DNA of 56,652 nt from an uncultured Candidatus Bathyarchaeia archaeon (GCA_964636055.1 CAZWPI010000001.1:1-56652), one strand, 5' to 3'. Positions 18,906 to 27,717 are shown, numbered from the stretch's first letter. A program made the numbers and translations. The notes: generated by a model not told the origin, from the letters alone.

Positions 18906-20135
18906 TCACCTTACCTCAATTTCGCTTAACAATTGCTCTTCAGAAACGTTGTTCATTACTCTCCAATCTCTAGAAAACGCCCCCCTTTTTGGTCTCCTCC
19001 TATCAAGATAAACGGTAGCATTCCCCACATAGCTTTTCAACATGATCTTCAGATGCGGAGACAATGGCTCCAGTATATCATCTTTCTCCAGAAAATCAAT
19101 AATAAAACCTAGACGCTGGACCAAAGAATGTGATTTCATTCTTAATGCGTAATCCACCAGCTTCTCTAGATTAATCTGAGGAAAACCCCTCCAAACGATT
19201 CTAGCGAGCTGCTCTATTCCCCCTGCATAATGCGGCTTGTCGAATGAGTCAATAATGGCTTTTTCAGGTTCAGCCATGCAGACCTCTGCGTCAAACACTT
19301 TTGCAGTTCGATAGCCAAAAAACTTCCTTTTTGAAAGCGTAACAAACTTGAAATTGACACTCTGCCATTCAACATCGGCCTTCTTCTTAGTCGTAGCAAT
19401 GAAATAAGTGAACGGCATCTGAGTGGTAAAGCCATAATGACTATTCGCCGTATAATAACTGAAGTAATATGGGTCAACAAAGGCAGCGCCCACAGCAAAT
19501 GCGTTTGACGGAGGAATTTTGTTTGGATAAAGACCATACGCAGATGGAACAAACTGATAAGTTCCAGTTTCGATCCTTTCAAGCCACCGTTTCTTCTCTA
19601 GACTGTGTAGGAGAACGTATGCATAGTCAAGTGTACAATTTAAAACGCTTTTAATATCGGAGGCTCGAATTATCGTCTTCTTTTCAGTTTCCCACTTAGT
19701 CACTAATCTTGCCTCGTCAGGAGACAATTTACGGATTCGCATTTGTCTCTGGCTTTCGGGAATACGTCTCAGTTTCCTTTGAGTTATTCCTAGTTCCTTA
19801 AAAGTGACAAGCCTGATAGAAAGCTGCTCTAGCTCATTCCTTATAGGCAGCGTCACACTTGAACCAACTATAACCAGTTCAAATTTCTTGAGAGTTGGAT
19901 AGATGTTGGAAATAGATGAGTATAGATTAAGAATTTTGCTTAACATAGAACGATCTATCCTATGTGAAATTACATCTACGAAAACATCCTTACCCTTGTT
20001 ATCCTTGAAATGAAAATCAATTTCGATATTCCCTGGAAGCTTTTCGTTTGTGGCAACTAGAGTGTAGTCCTTAAAGATATTCACTAACTCTCTAGAAATA
20101 TACGCTTCTAACTCATTCTTCACATCTATCACCAT
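18906..20135 (-). CDS. AbiEi-like antitoxin / transcriptional regulator with extra ~130-aa N-terminal domain
   Basis: LSPDEARLVTKWETEKKTIIRASDI...RWLERIETGTYQFVP and AIIDSFDKPHYAGGIEQLARIV match the AbiEi pattern; immediately upstream of AbiEii. Confidence 0.7.
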   Translation of the reverse strand: MVIDVKNELEAYISRELVNIFKDYTLVATNEKLPGNIEIDFHFKDNKGKDVFVDVISHRIDRSMLSKILNLYSSISNIYPTLKKFELVIVGSSVTLPIRNELEQLSIRLVTFKELGITQRKLRRIPESQRQMRIRKLSPDEARLVTKWETEKKTIIRASDIKSVLNCTLDYAYVLLHSLEKKRWLERIETGTYQFVPSAYGLYPNKIPPSNAFAVGAAFVDPYYFSYYTANSHYGFTTQMPFTYFIATTKKKADVEWQSVNFKFVTLSKRKFFGYRTAKVFDAEVCMAEPEKAIIDSFDKPHYAGGIEQLARIVWRGFPQINLEKLVDYALRMKSHSLVQRLGFIIDFLEKDDILEPLSPHLKIMLKSYVGNATVYLDRRRPKRGAFSRDWRVMNNVSEEQLLSEIEVR

Positions 20136-20472
20136 CTATCGAATAACTACTTACTAGCAACACCATTATATTTTTTTCGTATTTCCTTAGTAGATTCTAC
20201 ACATTATACTAAGATTATCAGAAATAAAAATAATAACAGACAATCCCCTTGAAACCCCTAGAAAAATAGACTCTAGTACAAATCTAATCTACGCCCCCCT
20301 TCTTTAATACCAAAGATTCTAGCATTTCAGACTACCAACAAATCAAACAACAAAAACACATAATGGAATACCAGATACGAAAATGATAAGTTATGGTGGA
20401 AAACTCACCACTCAATCGACTAGAATAGAAACTACCTCCGATTTTATGCTAGTGCTTCTGTAAACAAATGTT

Positions 20473-21015
20473 TTACTGTGTTGTTCTCCCATCACGAGTG
20501 TACTCACTGATTCGTTCAGCCAAGAAGTAAAATCTTGGCACGGTACGTTGAGGATTAGCCACAATTTTGCCTTTACGCCTCAAACGCAATATGATCCTGC
20601 GAAAAGCGTCGTGTTTTAACTCTAGAAAGTCTCGATAACTGAATTCCCGCGTTAAATCTCTCGCCTTGTTAAGAACATACGCTTCAAAAAGAGCACTATT
20701 AATTGTTTTCTGGAACTCTTTTCTTACACAACTTAAGTTGTAGGGCTCTCGGCGAGGCTTGGAAACCTGATACTGAAAAACGTTATTCTGCTGAATATTC
20801 ACAACCTGCTGCCCATTGCGAACTTGGGCTGCGCCTTCAATGCCTTTCATAAAGGAATCAGTCAAGCTAAGCGTCAGGTGGCACACGTCCATGCCGTTGT
20901 CTTTAGCCCACTGAACATAAGCCTTCCACCGCTGAAACTGCTTCAGGTTAGGAGCACGAAAATTGCAGATAAGATTCTTAGGCTGAACAACTGAAACTGC
21001 ATGGTCCCTAACCAT
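20473..21015 (-). CDS. hypothetical protein (possible wHTH at C-terminus)
   Basis: 180-aa ATG ORF at the right end of the element. Confidence 0.45.
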   Translation of the reverse strand: MVRDHAVSVVQPKNLICNFRAPNLKQFQRWKAYVQWAKDNGMDVCHLTLSLTDSFMKGIEGAAQVRNGQQVVNIQQNNVFQYQVSKPRREPYNLSCVRKEFQKTINSALFEAYVLNKARDLTREFSYRDFLELKHDAFRRIILRLRRKGKIVANPQRTVPRFYFLAERISEYTRDGRTTQ

Positions 21016-21115
21016 AAAAACTCAGCCTCACAAATTCGCAAAAAATAGAAAAAAGAGGCAGATGCTTTGTTTTCCCGAGGCTCAAATCGTATGAATTCAT
21101 GCCTAGGCGCCCGTA

Positions 21116-21130
21116 TCTCCCGGGCTACCA
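21116..21130 (+). repeat. att core copy 2 (TCTCCCGGGCTAC + CA)
   Basis: 13/13 match to the tRNA-Gln 3' end; discriminator A followed by CCA. Confidence 0.7.
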
Positions 21131-21159
21131 TTGTCTTCTGTTAGTTGGGTTTTTTGTTT

Positions 21160-21198
21160 AGAAGTAGTTGTGAGGGGTTGCTTAGCACAACATCTTCT
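21160..21198. repeat. AGAAGTAGT-family hairpin H4
   Basis: AGAAGTAGTTGTG-13 nt-CACAACATCTTCT (11 of 13 pairs) inside the 145-bp scar. Confidence 0.6.
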
Positions 21199-21271
21199 TA
21201 GGGATTGAGCTGTTTTTTGTGTTTTGGTTTTTGAATTGATTTGGGTTTGTGTTTCAGAAGTGGAAGTTGTC

Positions 21272-21286
21272 TCTCTCCCGGGCTAC
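21272..21286 (+). repeat. att core copy 3 TCTCTCCCGGGCTAC
   Basis: 15/15 identical to 8923..8937. Confidence 0.8.
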
Positions 21287-21566
21287 ATCAACCCTAGTCA
21301 GGACGACTTTCAAAAAACATTCCTGTTAGTGTTTGCGTTGAGTCGATTATATATCGAGAGGGTTCTAGTTTCCGTCAGACTACTTGGATATTAACGCATA
21401 TTAATCTAATAGGTAAATGAATTTCCAGCTTTTCTTGAGCGGCGACCGACTAAACCGCAAGCTCTAAGCGTTTGGGTTGAGTGTGTTCTGAACCCAAATT
21501 GGTTCAAGGACGGGCAAACGCGCTCCTAAAAAAATTTGCTACGTTAGTTGGCTAGATTTGAATTTT

Positions 21567-21815
21567 TTATTTTATTTGTACGATTTTCTGGTTTTCAATT
21601 ATGACTGATAGTATTTCTGATTGCTTCACGGCTTCTGTTAGTTGTGGTTCTAGGGTTTTTTCGTATTTAAAGGAGTATCGCTGTGGTTCGTCAGTAGCTG
21701 GGTCCGCTTCAAAGATGGGGAAGTCTCTTTTCCAAAAAGTTATTCTGCGGCATATCAATTGTTTCTTGTCGGTGTTTATTGCTTCTATGTTTATTGTCCA
21801 GTTGCTTAATTGCAT
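21567..21815 (-). CDS. hypothetical protein (82 aa)
   Basis: ORF only; lies in the ~1-kb scar between att copies 3 and 4. Confidence 0.3.
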   Translation of the reverse strand: MQLSNWTINIEAINTDKKQLICRRITFWKRDFPIFEADPATDEPQRYSFKYEKTLEPQLTEAVKQSEILSVIIENQKIVQIK

Positions 21816-22320
21816 TCATTCTCCCTCGGCGTATTGAATCTTACGAGATAGTTTTATTTAAACTTCTCGTTACAAATGCAGTGAAAGTTGGAGGTACAAC
21901 AATTTAACATTAGAACAATGGAACAGTAGAACAAAACAACACTTTGAGGTTTCGATGTCAAACTTGCTTACAATCTGAAGATACTTGGAGTGAGTTGAAT
22001 GTGAGACGATAAATTCTAAGCAAAAATGGAAACTTGGGCAATATTTGCTGAGAATAAAATAGCAGCTAATTTGTTTTTTTGGGGGTAATCGCGAAAAGAT
22101 TGACATTTGAGAGGGTCATGATTTTTTTACGAATCCATTTTGGTTCGGGGCCGTCATTCTTGTGCAGATTATTTAGAAATCATATCAGGAGAATAACGTG
22201 TTGGCCAAAATTCTCGAACTCTCGCCTGAATAGCGAAAATGCGAGTAAAATCTATTCGTTTCGATCGCAATCAAGCTAGTTCTTGCTCGCACATTGATAG
22301 GATGCGAAAAAGTTTGAAGC

Positions 22321-22348
22321 GAGTGTTTGAAGCTATCCCGGGCTACCA
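22321..22348 (+). repeat. att copy 4: diverged T-arm + acceptor 3' strand of tRNA-Gln plus CCA
   Basis: GAGTGTTTGAAGCTATCCCGGGCTA matches tRNA 8912..8936 at 21 of 25 positions; followed by CCA and a T-rich tract. Confidence 0.7.
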
Positions 22349-22573
22349 ACAATACGCTTTTGTTTAGATACCGCGTGCAACTTAAACCGCTTCAGTTTCG
22401 GCGTGAAAAGAGTGTGATTATAGTGAAGCATAGTAGTCTTGAGCGTAATGCTTTTGAATCGAATTCTGAATATGCATGATTAGCTCTAATTACTCCGTCT
22501 TCACAGGAGTTAAATATGATAATCACAGAACCGTTTTTCAGCGCAAATACGATACAGAAATGGCTGAATAAAC

Positions 22574-22903
22574 ATGTTGCTGGAGTTGCTGATAGGGGGT
22601 TTTTGGGTTGCTTTAGCAGTTTATTGCTTTTGGTACTTCTTCTTAGCGAAAACGTTTCAGCCGTTAACCTTGGAGGACCTAGCCTTGATGTGGCGGCTGC
22701 ATAAACTGCATTCAGGATGTACCGCGTCACGCATTCACAGCTTAATTGAAAGGAACAGCGAGGTTGTAGGGTTCAGATGCGAATGCGGTTTCGAGTTCCA
22801 GCAAAAACGTTTGATAACGCAAAGGGTTCGCAAAGCGCGTATTTCTCGCGAGGTCGCGCGTTCTTCAAAAAGCTCCGCGGGGAAGGTGGAGGAAAAACTG
22901 TGA
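22574..22903 (+). CDS. hypothetical protein, N-terminal TM helix and CxC motif
   Basis: 109-aa ORF; stop overlaps GTG start of the next gene (GTGA). Confidence 0.4.
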   Translation: MLLELLIGGFWVALAVYCFWYFFLAKTFQPLTLEDLALMWRLHKLHSGCTASRIHSLIERNSEVVGFRCECGFEFQQKRLITQRVRKARISREVARSSKSSAGKVEEKL

Positions 22904-23745
22904 TCATTGCCTTGCACTCCTATAAGGGTGGAACAGGAAAGACGTTGCTCTCGGTGAATCTGGCAACCCTGTTTGCCAAAATGGGTAAAAAAGTCTGTCT
23001 ACTAGATTTGGATCTTCGTGCGCCGAGTATTCACTCGATTTTTAAGAACACAGCGGAGTATTGGGTGAACGATTATCTAAGCAAAGCGTGCAAAATAGAA
23101 AAAGTTCTATCAGACTGCACCAGCGAGGACATGGCGAAGGGAAAACTGCTTGTTGGGTTAGCCAACCCGTCAACCGAAGCCATTCGTGAGATGGAATCCA
23201 AAGATAGAAAATGGGAAATGGAGGCGTTGGGTCGGCTTTTTTCGCTTAAGACGTCTCTTCTTAACGATATGCATTTCGATTACGTGTTCTTTGACACCAG
23301 TCCAGGTCTTCAATATTCCGCCATAAACGCCATCGTTAGCGCCGACATCGTGTTGGTGGTGATGTCACCCGACAAATCTGACGTTGAAGGCACTCAGCGG
23401 ATGGTGCGTGACCTCTATGAACTTTTTGAGAAGAAAACAGGTATCATAATCAACAAAATACCCTTTGAACATTTTTCTGCAGAAACCCACAAAAATAATT
23501 TAATACAGCTTGCAACTCACCAGCTTCCTATAGTCGGAGCCGTACCTTGTTCTTGCGACATACTTGCCGCCAGAGGAAAATGTCTATTTGCCTCCGAAAA
23601 ACCAAACCATCCGTTCACAAAAACTCTGCGGGAAATAGCTGCAAACTTGGCGGTTATGACGGGCTGCTCTGCGCGCGCTACGCCAAAGCCTTTGAAGCTT
23701 GAGAGATGCCCCAGTGACTATGTTTCCCAGCTTTTCTGTGATTGA
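22900..23745 (+). CDS. MinD/ParA/Mrp-family P-loop ATPase
   Basis: SYKGGTGKTLLSVNLA deviant Walker A, FDYVFFDTSPG Walker B; GTG 22900 preferred to the track start 22777. Confidence 0.85.
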   Translation: MIIALHSYKGGTGKTLLSVNLATLFAKMGKKVCLLDLDLRAPSIHSIFKNTAEYWVNDYLSKACKIEKVLSDCTSEDMAKGKLLVGLANPSTEAIREMESKDRKWEMEALGRLFSLKTSLLNDMHFDYVFFDTSPGLQYSAINAIVSADIVLVVMSPDKSDVEGTQRMVRDLYELFEKKTGIIINKIPFEHFSAETHKNNLIQLATHQLPIVGAVPCSCDILAARGKCLFASEKPNHPFTKTLREIAANLAVMTGCSARATPKPLKLERCPSDYVSQLFCD

Positions 23746-23816
23746 TGTGGAAAATGCGGTGGTTTCAGCCTGAAAATGCGCCGTTCCTTGTTTGTAAGCC
23801 TATAACAGCTGCGAGA

Positions 23817-24044
23817 TTATGCTTCAGGTAACGTTTCTGTGCTTCTTATTCCTTCGATACCGTTTATTTTGGTCGTGACCGCTCTTAACTCCCTGTAGTC
23901 CGCTACTTCAACGAAAACTGCTATGTCAAATCTTCCGTACGTGAAGTATGCTTTTCTTACGCCGCCAATCGCCTTGACCGCGGATAGAATAGCCTGAGCC
24001 TTGGTGGGCACGACTTTCAGCAGTATGCAAGCGTTCAACATCAT
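23817..24044 (-). CDS. stand-alone Lrp/AsnC-type RAM domain protein
   Basis: 75 aa; ACILLKV...IGGVRKAYFTYGRFDIAVFVE. Confidence 0.8.
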   Translation of the reverse strand: MMLNACILLKVVPTKAQAILSAVKAIGGVRKAYFTYGRFDIAVFVEVADYRELRAVTTKINGIEGIRSTETLPEA

Positions 24045-24283
24045 TCTTCCACCCTGCCTTTTATCTCCACGAGGGTTTCGGTGAAGACTACACCAGCAAA
24101 CTTGCCCATTTTTAATACTGCGGCGTCTAAAGCCTCAAGGTCGGAAGCTTCGACGTCTACGACAACGTCGTATCTTCCAAGGGTGGGAAAGATCCGTTTC
24201 ACGCCTTCTAGTTGACTTAAAAATTGGGCAACGTCTTCAAATCTGCCATGCGTGGTTCTTATTAAAACACATGCGGAAAGCAA
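24041..24283 (-). CDS. stand-alone Lrp/AsnC-type RAM domain protein
   Basis: 80 aa; ACVLIRT...LEGVKRIFPTLGRYDVVVDVE; overlaps the next gene by 4 nt. Confidence 0.8.
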   Translation of the reverse strand: MLSACVLIRTTHGRFEDVAQFLSQLEGVKRIFPTLGRYDVVVDVEASDLEALDAAVLKMGKFAGVVFTETLVEIKGRVEE

Positions 24284-24367
24284 AGAATCAACCTCAAATA
24301 TAGAAGGCAGTATTGAGATATTAAATTATTTGTGAGTGTTATGTAGGGTCTGCAATGTCCCAGATGT

Positions 24368-25024
24368 TCAGCTAGCGCGTGTCTTTTCTCCGTTCTGGAA
24401 CAAGTAAACGTCGCCCATGAATGAGAGGCAGCCCTCGTCGTAGACAAGTGCGGAACGTTCGGGTATGGCGTAGATTTTCTCTTCCTTTGAAAGCCTTTTC
24501 AGCGCGTTGTCTTTGGAAGGCTTGTAGTGTGCTTTGACGCTGAAGTCCACAAGCCCGATGCCGCTGATCATTTCGGATGTTGGGGTGCGCCTGTTTTTTG
24601 TAACTACGCACTTTTTGCCCAGCGCTAAGGCACCCGCGCTTCTTCCGACGACAACCCCATCATACTTGCGCAGCAGTCTGTCTACGCTCTTGTTTTTCAG
24701 CCGCTCAACCAAAACGCTTGCAAGCCCACCTGGCAGGTATATCAGGTCGGAGCACTCGACTTTTCGGGTGATTTCTTCAAATGTGTCGGAGTAGCCTGCG
24801 AAGTCGACAGTGCACGCGCCGAGGCTTCTGAAGTAGTCTAACAGCCTTTTCCTGCGTTTATACGCTTGGTCGAACGATGCGCGAGCCCAAGGAAAGACCA
24901 CAACGGCTGGTGCTCCTCCTCCATCATCGAAGGCGGCTTCGTTGATTTCTCTGGAGTCGCGCTTTGCTATGTTTTCTCCGCCCAAAAAGTACAGTTTCGG
25001 CATACAAGTAATAACGTTGTTCAC
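24368..25024 (-). CDS. peptidase S51 (peptidase E-like) family protein
   Basis: IYLPGGLASVL and VVGRSAGALALG (Ser nucleophile context). Confidence 0.7.
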   Translation of the reverse strand: MNNVITCMPKLYFLGGENIAKRDSREINEAAFDDGGGAPAVVVFPWARASFDQAYKRRKRLLDYFRSLGACTVDFAGYSDTFEEITRKVECSDLIYLPGGLASVLVERLKNKSVDRLLRKYDGVVVGRSAGALALGKKCVVTKNRRTPTSEMISGIGLVDFSVKAHYKPSKDNALKRLSKEEKIYAIPERSALVYDEGCLSFMGDVYLFQNGEKTRAS

Positions 25025-25058
25025 TTACTTTAAGGCACTGTATGAGGTTCTAACTGTT

Positions 25059-25772
25059 TTACAGTTTTTCTTCTACAAGCGCCAAACATTGCATCAGCGT
25101 CGGCGTTGAATTCTCGTCCAGCGAGTAAATTGTTCTTAAGCCCTCGCTTGTTTGTAGAACGAATTCCGTTTTTTCTAAGCGTTTCATGTGCCACGTCAAC
25201 GCCTGAGACGTTATCGAGACCTCACATGCCAGTTCGCCGTGCGACAGCTGTTTCTTGTGCAACAGTGCTTCTAAGATGAGCTTGGCAGTCTTGTGCCGTA
25301 GCAGGGAAATCGTCAGCATCTCCTTCTTTGAGAATTTCTTGGACTGGAAGAACCTTTTGTACCGTCCGTCCCGAAAGAATGATACAAGCCCTGCTTTGAT
25401 GAGGACGCCTAAGTGGTATTGCGCCAAGCCTACGGGAAGGCTCAGAGCGGCGCATATTCCCCTGAACTGGACGCCGGGGTTGCCCTTGATGTAATTGTAG
25501 ATTTGCGTGCGCGTGCTGTTGTTGAAAGGTGCTTGGCTGTTCGCATTGACGTCGGCGCTGAAAGAAGTGGGCAAGGCCAGCAGGCAATACGGGTCGGTTG
25601 TTACAGACCTGAGATTGGGAATTCCCGAGTGAACTTGAACCAAGCGAGGCGACATTGGTGAAATGCTGAACGTGAAGCTTTTCTGCAGGTGTAACAGCGC
25701 CGCGAAAGAACAGAGGATAATTGAGGCTAAGACGAATGCGATTATCGCTTTCTTCAGCGCTGGCTGCATCAT
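25059..25772 (-). CDS. membrane-anchored double winged-helix (ArsR-like) regulator
   Basis: N-terminal TM helix; two wHTH-like segments (IYNYIKGNPGVQFRGICAALSLPVGLAQYHL; LSHGELACEVSITSQALTWHMKRLE). Confidence 0.65.
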   Translation of the reverse strand: MMQPALKKAIIAFVLASIILCSFAALLHLQKSFTFSISPMSPRLVQVHSGIPNLRSVTTDPYCLLALPTSFSADVNANSQAPFNNSTRTQIYNYIKGNPGVQFRGICAALSLPVGLAQYHLGVLIKAGLVSFFRDGRYKRFFQSKKFSKKEMLTISLLRHKTAKLILEALLHKKQLSHGELACEVSITSQALTWHMKRLEKTEFVLQTSEGLRTIYSLDENSTPTLMQCLALVEEKL

Positions 25773-25901
25773 TCTCGCCTGTGGACAGCCTTTGGCGCTT
25801 CTAGTTTTTAACAGTATTCGTAAACGAATGTACTAACCGCAACGCCGACTCTCCCTCACGAAACTCGGATTCGGCGCAGCCAGAAAAGCCCAGTTGGCGT
25901 G

Positions 25902-26321
25902 TTATTTTGCGATGGTTCTCGCAGCGAAAGCCAAGATTACACCTATCCAGCCAATGCTACTATGCTGCGCTATGACGGAGGCTACCTGCCCCGAGGTGAT
26001 TAAGCTTATCGCCAGCATGATTAGCCAAGGGATGCCTACGCCTGCGCCTAAACCGATTAACAGCTTGCCAGTGCCAACGTGGTTCTTGTAGATTAGGAAG
26101 GCGCCTGCGAGGACGCTTAAGCCGCCTGCCAGCGATATGGCCATGAGGACTATCGCTACGGTGTTGACGACTTGCAGGACCTGCTGGTTCTGGATGAACA
26201 TTGGTAGCTGCTCGCGCACCACCTCGTAGGTTCCTACAGGACCGCGGATCCCCGAGACCAGAAGGAGCACGCCAGCAACAGCGGAGAGCACAATCGCAAC
26301 CCAACGCCTGCCATCAGACAT
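25902..26321 (-). CDS. integral membrane protein (4 TM)
   Basis: 139-aa hydrophobic ORF. Confidence 0.6.
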   Translation of the reverse strand: MSDGRRWVAIVLSAVAGVLLLVSGIRGPVGTYEVVREQLPMFIQNQQVLQVVNTVAIVLMAISLAGGLSVLAGAFLIYKNHVGTGKLLIGLGAGVGIPWLIMLAISLITSGQVASVIAQHSSIGWIGVILAFAARTIAK

Positions 26322-26501
26322 TAACCTGAACCCACCTGACTATCTGCTACGCGGAACACAAACATTAACATTTAGCTTCCGCAACTCCTTTTCGTCTAAG
26401 GGGCGGGGGCTATTGGTCGATAGATGACAGGCAAGTTTATGATTCAATTAAGGATGACTTTAAAGGGGTTGACAAGTTCATAGGTAGTGTGAGAGAGAAG
26501 T

Positions 26502-26846
26502 ATGCAGTCAGCCTATGACAAGATTCAATACTACGAGTTTAGCCGAAAAGAAAAAGCTAGGATAACCGCTAAACTCAAAGCATTTTTGGCTGAGGAAAAA
26601 AGAATCAAACTTGCAATACTTTTTGGCAGCGTGACCCGTCGAAATTACGGCAGAGATATAGACCTTTGCGTACATGCCGCTCCAGAACTTAGCTTCAAAG
26701 AACTGCTGAACCTGAACGCCCAGATAGAGCTTGAGTTGGGCATGCCTGTGGACCTAGTCGAGTTAACAAACCTTCCAGACTCGCTTAAGACTAACATTCT
26801 CAAAAACGGCACACTAATAAAAGGAACGATGCACAGACAGCATTAA
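26502..26846 (+). CDS. minimal nucleotidyltransferase (MNT-type)
   Basis: ILFGSVTRRNYGRDIDLCV (GS...DxD); no HEPN partner adjacent. Confidence 0.75.
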   Translation: MQSAYDKIQYYEFSRKEKARITAKLKAFLAEEKRIKLAILFGSVTRRNYGRDIDLCVHAAPELSFKELLNLNAQIELELGMPVDLVELTNLPDSLKTNILKNGTLIKGTMHRQH

Positions 26847-26908
26847 ACTGCCGAGAGCACGACCGCAACTCAGCTTCTCCGTCAAACATGAAAAAACATG
26901 TTGTTTAG

Positions 26909-27017
26909 TTTATATAAGGGGGCTATAGTCTTTTCCGAGCCGATAGCCAGCGGTAGTCTAAGTAGCAGTTTTATCTATTTATAGGGGGGTATAGACAAAA
27001 AATCGCACAACAGTTCA
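26909..27017 (+). repeat. twin-box element copy 1 (two TATA-like + G-run + CTATAG boxes 68 nt apart)
   Basis: TTTATATAAGGGGGCTATAGTC ... ATTTATAGGGGGGTATAGAC AAAAAATCGCA; near-identical ends to 51518..51628; upstream of rpl22. Confidence 0.8.
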
Positions 27018-27228
27018 GCGCACAACCAACTGCAACAGGCAACAACCAAGCGTTTTTCGGAAAAACTATAAAAGACAAAGACGGAACCTATAAACCGTAC
27101 ACCTCACGTTCCGAACAGTCCCGCACACGGGACTACACACACTTCAGCGTAACCCAAACTAGTTTTGATACGGAAAGCCATATAAATCGCCATTACGCTG
27201 TTGAAATGCGCAGTCGGAGAAATGTAAA

Positions 27229-27717
27229 ATGCCAAAATGGGGATACTCCATAATCGAAGAAGAACTCGACCTAGAAAAAACAGCGAAAGCCAGCGGCAGA
27301 GAAATCAGAGTATCCCACAAGGCAGCCCGAGAAGTCTGCCGAACAATCAAAGGCAAAACCCTAAACAACGCAAAAGCATACCTAAGAGATGTTATAGACA
27401 AGAAAAAACCTGTTCCCTTCCGAAGATACAAAAAGAAACTCGGACACCGCCACGGCATAGAAAAAGCCTTCGCAGGAAGATACCCAATAAAAACAGCACA
27501 ACAAATCCTACACGTGGTCGAAGCCGCAGAAGCCAACGCAGAAAACAAAGGACTAGACGTAGACAGACTTCGCATACTCCACGCAGCCGCCTACCCAGGA
27601 ACAAAACTTAAACAGTACACACCAAGAGCCCACGGAAGATCCTCACCAAAATACGAAACCACAACCCACATCGAAATCTTCCTAGAAGAAAAACCAGGAC
27701 AAGGAGAAACACTCTAA
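27229..27717 (+). CDS. rpl22: 50S ribosomal protein uL22
   Basis: 162 aa; ASGREIRVSHKAAREVCRTIKGK...KKPVPFRRY pattern; operon position. Confidence 0.93.
   Translation: MPKWGYSIIEEELDLEKTAKASGREIRVSHKAAREVCRTIKGKTLNNAKAYLRDVIDKKKPVPFRRYKKKLGHRHGIEKAFAGRYPIKTAQQILHVVEAAEANAENKGLDVDRLRILHAAAYPGTKLKQYTPRAHGRSSPKYETTTHIEIFLEEKPGQGETL

Larger units (their letters stand above)
8937..22345. mobile_element. integrated-element array at tRNA-Gln (12.2-kb unit plus two short scars)
   Basis: four direct copies of the tRNA 3' end, integrase next to the tRNA, visibly AT-richer cargo of defence-type genes. Confidence 0.7.

Noticed and set aside
10990-21198. Interpreting the island as a canonical integron (integrase plus attC-flanked cassettes)
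   Set aside because: The hairpins lack recognisable GTTRRRY / RYYYAAC core sites. The genes are in mixed orientation with their own spacers. The recombinase sits at a tRNA att site. Only a loose analogy is retained in the hairpin finding.
22777-22899. Track start 22777 for the MinD/ParA gene (322 aa)
   Set aside because: The first 41 residues overlap the upstream ORF and are Arg/Gly-rich noise. A GTG at 22900 overlaps the upstream stop and puts the Walker A motif about 10 residues from the start, as is usual.
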